Shown: piece after piece, positions 27,655 to 39,600 of the stretch
Position numbering within the stretch: the stretch's first letter is position 1
Layout: every line of letters starts with the position of its first letter
Source: Trichoplax adhaerens
Taxonomy: Eukaryota; Animalia; Placozoa
DNA length: 64,000 nt
Assembly: GCF_000150275.1 (NCBI RefSeq)
Contig: NW_002060951.1
Location: forward strand, 1,250,297 to 1,314,296
Direction of reading: 5' to 3'
Position numbers and translations under genes: made by a program
Notes under the pieces: model-generated
Database searches by the model: none
Told to the model about the DNA's origin: nothing
What the model saw: the letters and a program-made list of their open reading frames with translations, nothing else

Positions 27655-30600
27655 ATGGGACGCTTCTTTCAAAAACTGAAGTTACTAGTATGGAAGAATT
27701 TTGCCTTGAGAAAGAGACAAATCGTAAGTCGTTCTATTTCAGTTTTAATGATAATCAATACTGCACGCTATACTTGTTGTCAAGTAAAAACTTCAAATCT
27801 CCAATCCGCGTATCATTTACAACGCAGTATTATCTATATTGTACATTGTGCTTCTGTTGATATCCTTATACTGTACTGTAGACCCATACTGTAATTTTAT
27901 CCGATTTAAAACTGCAAGTTACCCTTAAATGCTATCAAGGTTACTGTAGTGTTGTTTCCGATCGATGTAACCCACAATCCTTGATATATTTGAAGCTATA
28001 GCCAATGTTGAGTACTGTATATTTGTATCGCTGTCTCCAATGTTGTAATCACATATTGTACTGTACAAGTTCTGTCTGCTGAATATTCGTGCTGTTGATT
28101 GAGAAGAGAAATCGAAAGGCTATTGACCGTAATCTACATGTAACTTAATATAGTGCTGTCTATACACTTGATATAGACATTTTTCTTTTTCTGTTTGTTT
28201 TATTTCAGTGTGAAGGTAGAGAAACGAGTTACATCATATTTTGGGGACTTATTTTCCAGTTTTTCTTACTAAAGTCATACAATTGCTTTTTCACTACCGT
28301 GCTATCTTTGCGCCAATACACAATTTAGTGGTATTTTTTAGTGAAAAAAGCAACATAACGTTCGTTTACAATCATTTTTAACGTCGGTCTTATCTAGTTG
28401 TGCTAAAGAGTTTTGTTTTGCAGTCTGCGCCCAGTCATAATATTGATCACCCTAATTTTCGTAGCTAACTAGTAGAGACTTTATTTAGAGTAAGACTACA
28501 GAATTGGGCTATTAATCCTATAATTAATGACGTAGGTTAATACAATTTAGTGTGCACGAATACAGTCAAAATAAATCGTCATTGTCTCAGCATGATACAG
28601 TTCGATAGCCGCGTCGATAGGGAATGTAAAGTATAGCCAACATTGTAGAATGTAGTACACAAATAACCTGAGACAAGCCTCCTTCAGTGCTCTTTCAAGT
28701 TTTATTAACATACAGATCCTATACGAATGCACAGTAAAATATACTTCCAAAATCATCACGCTTTTAATAACTTGATAGAGCTATTTTCTCTGCTAGCAAT
28801 TTATACTCAATCTACAGTATATAAAAGATTACGTTATAATACGCTCGTAGAACGAGTAGGTCATCCCTGTTTTCCCCTTATACAATACAGTCATAAAAAT
28901 AGTACGGTATCATACATGTAAGCTATTTTGGGAGAGTGAGAGGGGGGGGGGGAAGTAATTAATCAATGACCTTTTCTACTAATTATTTTTTATTATATCA
29001 AGTAAAGTAATACAGTGATGTGAAAAATAAATCGCGTGGAATTTATCATTACGCTGCTCTTGCAATGGGTTTCCAAACTTTAAAACAATCTCTAAACGTA
29101 AAGTGACTCACTGTCAATTTAATGAAGATCGAACTATTGGTTTCAAATCAGAAGAATAATGTTCAAAAATAAAATTAATGTTCATAAACTGTAGTCAAAG
29201 ACCCTCAAATCGATAGGCTACATGAGCAGGCGAAAAGTCAGTGAAAAAAATGCCAATTTCTTTCCTACTGTAAGTCTGTAACTACATATACAGAATGTGT
29301 ATGGGATTCGATCGACCCCGGAAAAGCAGGTACAGTACGCAGCAGTCGCATGGTGCGGCATACAGTACTGTTCAGCTATGGGCGGAGTCTGCAATCCGCT
29401 AAGGCAATAATAGAAAAGAACCAGGAATGCCTTCTGTCAATACTGTACAGTGTACAGTACTAAAGAAGCTGGATACTGTACGTATAGTACTGTACAGTAC
29501 AGTACTGTATAATGCAATAAAAGATCCTACAGTACGCAATGTACACACTGACCAGCCCATGCACCCTTAAAATGTGCGGTGTCATTGTCATCGTTATGAC
29601 CCCACTGCCACACATAGGCACACACAATGATGATATACAGTACAGTAATGGATGCGCATCTATAATAGACAGTACCTATAAATGAAGCAATCGCATGCTA
29701 CAACTCAATAGAATCACCAATGACAAGCTAAAACTTTCAACGATCAGGCTGTTACTTTAAATATTGAAAAATCAACATTCCCAAAAAAATAATAATGAGA
29801 ATAATCATCAATCAGTTGATTTCAATCGATTGTCATCGAACAATAATAGGTATCTCTATTCTAGAATATAGGTTGCGACCAATATCCGAATACGTGTATA
29901 TCTTCCATCCTTGATTGCAATAGTCAGGGAGGGTATCAAGATTTAAATTGGTCATGATTAAACAACCAGATGAAGAATCTTTCAATAAACGAGTACAAGG
30001 GATAAAAATGATCAAGCGTAGATTAACCGATTGATAGTTCATTAATCAATGCGTACAGTATACAGTAAGCGACAGAAATGAAAGGCTGAAAATAATTTTC
30101 AATTGTACTAACGAATGATGATTGCTACTACTGTACTATTATATTAATTGTAATTGCAAAGCGTGTGTGGATCATAGCGTTTTTCCCATCTCTATGGTGT
30201 GGACAGCAATGATTTCCTGACATCATCGGGCCAATGAGAGAAGTACTCAGTATTTGACAGGGCGTAGTCACCGAGAAATAAAACTAAACTTCATATCATG
30301 CACAACACATTACTGTACTGTACTGTACAACCTTCAGTACTGCATGTATTGGATTTAATCAGCGTATCCAATATGATTCCATAATACTGTTCGAGCGTGA
30401 ATGGAAGCGCTCTCATAATGAAATAGCTAAAATGATAAATGCATTTGTAAATCACGCCTTGCAAGTGCATAATACAGTACACGTACTACGTACGCATTAG
30501 TCAGTTCACCCATTATCAAGCTGTAGGTTGTGTACAGCGATCATACAGTACTATTTCAATACTTCACTTTGAGCTTCAAGCATTGGTACAAAGCTACTCA

Positions 30601-33600
30601 TTTTTAAATAGTAGCAAAAATCCTCATGGATGCTCAAGTTTGCTTATATTAATCAATTCATCATTAATCGATCATCAGTTTATGGACTTAACCTTTCGCT
30701 TAATCGTGAAAATGAGATGAGTGTAACAAAATACTTTACTAATTTTAATCTGACCTCTAATTTCTTGTGTTTTCCTCTTCTTTACAATGTAGTTTCGTAA
30801 TGTCGTCGAAGTCATCTGTCCTTTGGTTCTTTTCATGATATTGGTTGCAGTCCGACAGCGAAGACCACCGGAGTATCGAAAAGCCTGTAAGAACTGACTC
30901 TATAACACTTGTAAAAGTTTCTTTCTTGATTAATTAATTATGTATTGGATTACATGAAAGAATGTTCTTGAAGTATAATGATGTTTACCACAAACAAAAA
31001 TTATACTGTAAATGGGATAAAGAATACGTAGTATTTATCCTAGTGCGTTCAAATTTTATTCCATAGACCTAGCATTAATGCATTAAAGCTATCCAATATG
31101 CAGTACAATGCACAGTATTGTCTATGGAGATTACACTCTCTTTACATCATAAATTTACACCTAGTTAATACACGGTCAATTACAACAAGAGTACGTCATC
31201 AAGTCAGATCAACCATACGAAAAAATTATAAATAACGTAGTTCTACTTATGGAGATTATTGTAACTACTCATTCATTTAAAATTATGTTAATATCCAAAT
31301 TACTTTTCAGCTTACTATAAACCACAAGCGTTACCTTCTGCTGGATTGCTGCCTTTCCTTCAAACTTTTGCCTGTGATTTTGGACAGGCAAAGTCTCACT
31401 ACCCTATTAATGGCATTCCGTTACGAAATGCTGCGTAAGTGCCATACTTTATTCAATAGAATAATAACTTTTTAGTATTCGCCGATGCTAGTAGATCAAT
31501 ACTCGTAATATTCATACAAAGTAAAGTTACCTTCAGTACACTACGATGCTTTATAGTGTTACCCATTCTTACCAATGGATAATTAAATATTCCTCGATAC
31601 TGCATGCAGGTACAGCATGTATATTTTTACATTTGTATGTATTCTATCATTTAATTCGTATCCAAAATCATACTTTATAGGGCTGACCGATTGTTCGCCG
31701 ACGTTGCGAAAACCTTTCAAAATTCGTCACTAAGCGACACTCTCACCCAACTACCTCAGGATTTAAACAACGCCCAATTGCTACAAAATCTACTGTTGAA
31801 TCCTCAAAATAGCCCAAGTCTACCCAATGTCGGTAAGCTGAAAGACTATACAGCACTACATATTTACCATAATTTAGTACTTTAAATACTTCACAAAGAC
31901 ATTGAGTAATATTATGCCGACTAGTAAGTTATCATACGGGTACATTTTCACCTTCGTTATGACGACCAAAACATAAGATTTTAAGCTAATACGCCTATTT
32001 TAGCAATATGTATCACTTGTTAAGCAACACACAGCATTCAAACTCAATTTTGCGTTTATTTATTTAGTATCCCCTGTATCAACAATTGTAAACAATGTCA
32101 CCGCAGTAAAAGATTTCTTGCAAACCAACCTCTCTTTAACTGAATCGCAAACCAACACTCTGCTATCTGCGCAAATTAATGTTACAAAGGTAATAAAATA
32201 TTGAAATCGAATGTAAGGGATAGATTATATCAAATTGATGTAATTACCAAACACATAAGGCGCTGTACCAAAGTACGTATTACTTATATTAGAATCAATA
32301 AAGTGATGATAAATATACGTCTTTAGATTTCTAGTCTTCTACTCATTAATGGAACTAATACCAATCCAAGTGCCTTGCAAGTACTTCTTGGATCCCTTCG
32401 ACCTAGCATCAACAATCTTGGCCAATTATTAGGACTTCTGCAAGGATTAAACAACGGCAATAATAACAATCCTCTTGGTGGTCTTGTGAACAATCCTACT
32501 ATTAATAGCGCCCTATTGGTATAATATACTTTTATTACGTAAAATTTGTTAAATTAACTGTAAACTATTCATCCGTAAAATTGTCCGCTACATTATTTAT
32601 CAATTGCTGACCCTGACATTTCATGCTGATTTAGAATCAAGTCTTTTCTTCGGCGCAAATTAGAAATTTTTCATGCAATCCTACGTTATTTTTTGACGTA
32701 TTAATCTTTACAAATAGACCGGAAGGAGTAAGTCTTTGGTCCTCAACAATGAATTAAGCCAGTTCTAGCATGAGGAAATCTTACTGTACTGCTTTATTTT
32801 ATCTTGAAGGAAAATGTTAGAAAAGCTCTATGCAATCTGGATAATGCTCAAATGGGATATTTCGTTAATGAATTGAGACATCAAGTCAATTTCACAGCAT
32901 TAATAACTGTAGGTGCCCTTACCATCTTTTATTATCCACGTCTTACCTAGGATATAATTCTTTTAATACTTTAATTAATTGACCAGATTGCCAGTCCCAT
33001 CTCGGCTGTTCTCAGTGATCGTTTTCTTAAAATTCAAGCTGAACTAACAAGATTATTATCAGCGGTAAGCTGTTATTAATACCATTATGAATGGTAGTTA
33101 AGCGAAAGTCGCAATCTTTGTCATGTACATGTATAAATTGCCCAAACTAATTTTTTCATATTCTATTCGTTAGATGGGACAACTGGAAAGCCTGCAAAAC
33201 CTATTGCGAAGCTCTGGCCTATCTGTTAGTGGTAGAAATAATAGCCAAACTGCTGCCTCAATTGCAACCTTCTTATGTGGCGCGGGGAGTTCGAAGTTAT
33301 TTGGCAATTCCGTTATTAATACTTTTAATGGGGGTCGATCTAGCACCACGAGGATTGACGAAGGCAGCAGTACAACTGATAAGCCTAGCAACGAAACTAT
33401 AAATTACAACCAAAGTAAGGTTTACCTACATCTTTCTTTATGCAAAATAATCTTATTTACATAACGACTGATTGTATATCATAAGTATTTAGAAAGATCC
33501 TCACATGCTATAAACGTATTTAATTTTAAATTTTAGAGTGTTATAATGGAACTGGAATAAATTATCGTGGTACCGTAAATATTACGCGATCAGGGCTCCA

Positions 33601-36600
33601 ATGCCAATCGTGGACAGCTCAATTTCCTCATCAACACCGAAATACACCTGCAATTAGGCCAGGCAGAGGCCTAGGCGATCATAATTATTGTCGAAATCCT
33701 GATAACGAGCCTGATGGCCCATGGTGCTATACAACGAAGAATAAAACTCGATGGGAATACTGCACTGTTCCTCACTGTGGTAAGTTAGTTATTCTGAATG
33801 GAAAGTAACTTAGAGGATACTATTTTTTATCCTCATTCTATAACATTTAATTACAACGGTTGAAAAGATTTGTTCGCACTAGATTGTATTAGGAACATAC
33901 TGTGCTTTCCTAAAATTTCAATTAATCTTTCTTTCTCTGCGAAATATTTTTATTAAAATGCGTTCTAGATAAATGCGTAAATAACCTCAGAGTGTTAACT
34001 AGCAGACTGCCAGCATATTTTACAAATCTGCTTCTAAAAGGAAAGATCTTATTTTCACCTAATAACACAGCGGCTAGAAAAATTATTAAAAAGGTAATAA
34101 CAATCCCTGATTAAGTACAAACGATGACTTCTTCGATACTTCATGCAACATTTACCGTAACTTGTTTCATTTACATGTGTACAGGCTAACGAAACGTTCG
34201 TAGAAATTCAGAATTTGATGGTAAATGTTCGTCGTTTGCTTAATGCAACTTCACGATTAGAAAAATTTTTACAGCAAAACCCGCAGCAATTGCAAAATCT
34301 AATGGTATGTAAGAGATTCTAACGAATTTGTACGTGTAAACTCGTCTTCCAAAAAAACAGATTACTCATAGTGAAGTTATTGTCTTATAAAACGTAATTT
34401 TTCTTTCAAAACTTTTAGAATACTGTGCAAAATCCGGCCGTGCGACCGTTCTTAAACGCTTTTGGTGTAAATGTCAGCTTTTTCGATCCGAAAAACAATA
34501 ACAGCATTATGTCATTGCTGCATAACATCAATTATTATGGCTACACTGTTTTAGATGTGGCAGAATGTGTAGATTTAAATTTCTTTGAAGGATACGACAC
34601 CGAATATGATCTAGAAGTACGAGCCATGAATACTACCGCAAATAAAGAAAGTCCTATTCTCGGAAGTAAGTAATCTAATGATGGCTAATCCTTCTTTTAC
34701 TTGTTAGTATCATATGATTAATGACGAGTTTTATATCTACTATTAGGCATTGTATTTATGAACCTGAACAACGGCTATATACCACGGCATGTCAAGTATA
34801 AACTTCGGCAAGATGTTGACTTCACACCGGACACGTACAATGTGCGACGAGGGTAAGCTTACTCTATCATCCTTATTTTACTATTCAGTAATTGTATCCC
34901 TAAAAATATAATTACGATAGATCGTAGAATAATAATCATAAATCTACTTATAGATTCTGGTTACCGGGTCCAACGGGAAATCAACAATACTATCAAGGTC
35001 TATTTGTTGTCTTACAAGACGCAATTGAAAGGGCTATTATGGAAAATATCATTAATGTATCTGCTGATGCACCTGGTGTTTATCTACAACAGTTTCCTTA
35101 CCCATGCTATATTCGGGACTTGTAAGTTAAACCTTTCATCACTAGAATTTTTGAACTCTTATAGTTAATATTTGATAATATGTATGCGTATTTATTGACA
35201 GATTTGCAAGTGCAATCGGAGGTATTCTTCCACTTTTTATGACTTTATCTTGGATATACACAGCAGCGATGATTGTGAAAGCTGTAGTTCATGAAAAGGA
35301 ACTCCGCCTTAAAGAAGTAACCTATTCTATGGCTTTAATTGCAATTTTTTAGTCTACAAATGCTTATTGCGGGACTTTTTATTATTTCAATTGTATAGGT
35401 GATGAAAATGATGGGTCTTGATAATGGTGTCCATTGGGCAGCTTGGTTTATTCAATGTTTCATTATCATGCTTCTTACAGTGTTTTTCTTAACTCTAATC
35501 CTTCGTGTAAGTCTATATTCGGTTGAAAAATAGATATATAACCTACAGATGATGATACGAAGGGAATATGCTCTTTAATTCCGGTTTTAAACATTTTCTT
35601 ACAGTTTGGAAGAATATTTATGCACAGCAACCCAGTAATAATCTTTCTATTCTTCATGGTTTTTTCGTTGTCGACAATAATGCTATGGTAATTAGTTGAT
35701 GTGCATTTCAGTTATTAATGCTTCAAATTTTTTTTAAGTCATGAAATATCTGATTGATTTGTTTTTCGTTTAGTTTCCTTATGAGTGTCTTTTTTACACG
35801 AGCGAATGTCGCTGCTGCTTGTGGTGGGATTATCTTTTTCCTATCCTACTTTCCTTCCATTCTCGTTATTTTGTATGAATCAGTTATGACCTCTGGACAA
35901 AAAGGGATCGCATGTTTGTCGTCAACGACTGCTTTTGCATTAGGTTGTAATTATATTGCACAATATGAGCAGCAAGGTGTCGGTATCCAGTGGTCTAACG
36001 TTCGATCAAGTCCTGTAAGTAAAGACAATTTTAACTGACCCGATTAATGATCTGTTCAATACATTAATACGAAATGTAATTCAACTTTCATAGGTTACCG
36101 AAGATACATTTAGTTTCTCTGCTACCTGTGGAATGATGATAATTGACACTATCATATATGCAATTTTGACGTGGTATTTAGAAAACGTTTTTCCAGGTAA
36201 CGGTCGCATTGATGGTCATAAAATTTTAGCAGTATAAGTATTTTTCTCAACGCCTTGCTTCAATTATTAAAAGGTCAATATGGTGTTCCAAGAAGGTGGT
36301 ACTTTCCTTTTCAATCTTCATATTGGTTTTCTAAGCCTAAAACTGACGGTCATATCGTTACAACACGCAACCGTACGAATAGCCCATCTGCGGACGCTGG
36401 TGCCACTGAAAATTCGTCTTCATCTGACTCTAATGCTTTTAGTAAGCTTCTATCGTAATTTAAGGTATTACTTTCAAAGACTAAGCTTACTGTACTTAAT
36501 TATTAGACCCCCCACCTCTCGTTGAAGAAGAACCAACGCATTTAAAATTGGGTGTTTCAATCCAGAATTTAGTGAAGGTAAATGATACCATGATAGTTAT

Positions 36601-39600
36601 AATAATTTAGGAGCGTTAATTTTATATGAAATAAATATGGTTTAGATTTACAAGACCGGTAATAAACTTGCTGTGGACGAGTTAAATTTAAACTTATACG
36701 AAGATCAAATAACCAGTTTCCTTGGTCATAATGGTGCAGGAAAGACGACAACAATGTAAGTTTTATAATAACTATGCACCAAATTTCTCTACAAATAATG
36801 TAGTAAAATCTTGACAATACTCCTTATATGTTAAAGGTCGATACTCACTGGTCTCTTTCCTCCAACATCTGGAACGGCGCATATATACGGAAAGAACATC
36901 ACTGAAGATATGGATTCTATTCGTGAAAGCCTTGGATTATGCCCTCAACATAACGTATTATTTGAGAAGTAATTATACGATAATGAATCAGTAGTGTTAT
37001 GTAACAAAGCATAGCATAGAGTATAAATGTCAATCAGTTTCCATTAAAATTTTGCACTTGTTGATTTATTTATCAGCTTGACTGTTGAAGAACATTTATG
37101 GTTTTACGCACGCCTTAAAGGCCTATCTAGCGCAGAGGTTAACGATGAAGTTAATCGGTAATTGAAATGGAGCTATCGTGTTGTAATATACTTAATTTTG
37201 CAAAGATAGTATTGACTTTTAAATTCGTTTATCAGGATGATCGACGATATTGGCTTAAGGAATAAACGGCATGATCTGTCGTCTAGCCTATCTGGTGGCA
37301 TGAAGAGGAAACTATCGGTCGGTATTGCATTTATCGGTGGCTCGAAGACTGTAATTCTTGATGAACCTACTGCTGGAGTCGATCCTTATGCTCGCCGTGG
37401 AATTTGGGATCTTGTGCTAAAATATCGTAAAGGTAGAGAATATTGCTATTATTACCTTAGCTTATTCCAGATGTGTTACCTATCGACTTATATATTTAAT
37501 AGGAAAGACCATTCTTTTATCGACGCATTTTATGGACGAAGCTGATCTTTTAGGAGATCGGATTGCGATCATTTCTCGTGGGAAATTGCGTTGTTGTGGT
37601 TCATCTTTATTTTTGAAAACTAAGCTTGGAAGTGGTTATTACTTAACACTGGTGAAAGATACCGGTAGGTTTAATCATGTAAATAATTGAAAGATTTTCA
37701 TCTATTAGTACCCGCACTAATAATATAATTATATGATTACTATTATTAAAAATTTTTATAAGATTCGCAACGATCCGCTAAAGAAACTTGCCTCGGTGTG
37801 GATAACGTTGATGCTGCTACCGTTGATACTCCCGCCGTTGATGTCAACCAAGTGTCAAGATTTATTAGTGGATACATCCCGGAAGCTAAACTCGCAGAAA
37901 GTTATGGAAGTGAAATTACATATATTCTACCGCAGGAAAGCGCTAGAAGTGGCGTTTTTCACAACTTTTTTAGTAGCTTAGACCGGCATTTAAAAACTCT
38001 AAGGATTAATAGTTATGGCCTGTCTGATACCACTTTAGAAGAGGTAATATTATCAAAAATTGAAGTTTAAAAAATCGTAGCAAAATGACTTTAACATATC
38101 TATTATTTTATATATACGTATATCTCTTAGATTTTTCTTAAAGTTGCCGATGAAACTGGTGTTGATCAAGCTGGTAAGTTAATCGACACTGCTGAATTAT
38201 AGGAGGTAGATTAAATTTTACTTATATGATCTTTCTTTGCTGTCTAACTCTTTAATTGAATAAAAGATGGAAGAATTCCTCGTAGAAGATCGTCAAGGAA
38301 AATGCTATTCTGGAAGCGAAAAAGGCCGGCAAATTCTGCCCAAAACTCTGCTACGAATTCCCAGGATACCAGTCAAGGTTCGCATCTATGAAGAAATATA
38401 TGCAATTACATGTAACAAAATAAAATTACAATTTATTTTTATAAATTTCAGAATCTGGAAAAGATGTCACAGATTCAGTTGATGCTGGTGTTGATCCAGC
38501 CTCCAAAATTACCAAATTAACTGGATGGCGTCTAAAATTACATCACTTTCAAGCATTATTTAGAAAACGTTATCAGTATGCAAGGCGAAACAAGAAGGGC
38601 TTTGTATCTGCAGTTATTGTTCCTGTAATATTTATTTGTATTGCAATGCTCTTCGCCATGGCTAGCATAGATGAAAGCAGTAAGATTTATAGGATAAGCA
38701 TTACGCATTCGATGCATTCATATAGCTAATTGTGTTATCTTACAATTTCATTTATTGTATTATTGCAGTTACGTACAGCCGAAAATTAACCCCAGAAATG
38801 TTCACGCAGCCTTTGTATACGTTTTCTTCTCTGATGAAAAATCCTATTGCTGATTCTAGAAAAGCCTTAAATTCATTGTTCTCTAGCGGAATTGGGGATA
38901 CATGCATGGGATCAAACCATAACTGCACTAAGCCATATAAAGGTTGGAAACAGCTTGAGTTAAAAATTTTACTATTTATTATTTTAGAGATGCTAATCTG
39001 AGATACAAATAAAAATTCCAGAAGTAACCTCCACTCGAATTTATTATTTAGACACTTCAATATCCCTGTATTTTCCACAATCCAAAAATTCCTCCGTACG
39101 TCCATGCAGCTGCAGAACTGGCAGCATAGTCTGCCCTACTAATGCTGAAGGAAAATCGCCTCCTCGTTACGTGTTATACCAGCAAAACTATATGATAAAT
39201 CTAACGGACAAAAATGTATCTGATTATTTGATGAAAGTTAGGAATCGTTTTGTGCTGAAAATTTACGGTGGCTTTAGTTTTGGTGAAATCGATCCGAATT
39301 CTCCAAATATCGCAACCCCTTCTAGTGGTAGTATTCTTTTAAGAAGATTATCAGTGAGAAATGTTGTACGGGCGTGGTATAATAACAAAGGATATCATGC
39401 AATGCCTACATATTTAAACGCGATGAATAATGCAATTTTAAGGTCTAAATTAAGGCCTCAAGATGGAGACTCACGTAAATATGGTATTACTGCATATAAT
39501 CATCCCATGAATTTAACGCGTGCTCAATTAGTTAAGGAAGCGATAAGACGAAGCTACCGTGACTTACTTATTGCAGTATCAGTGATATTTGCATTGTCGT

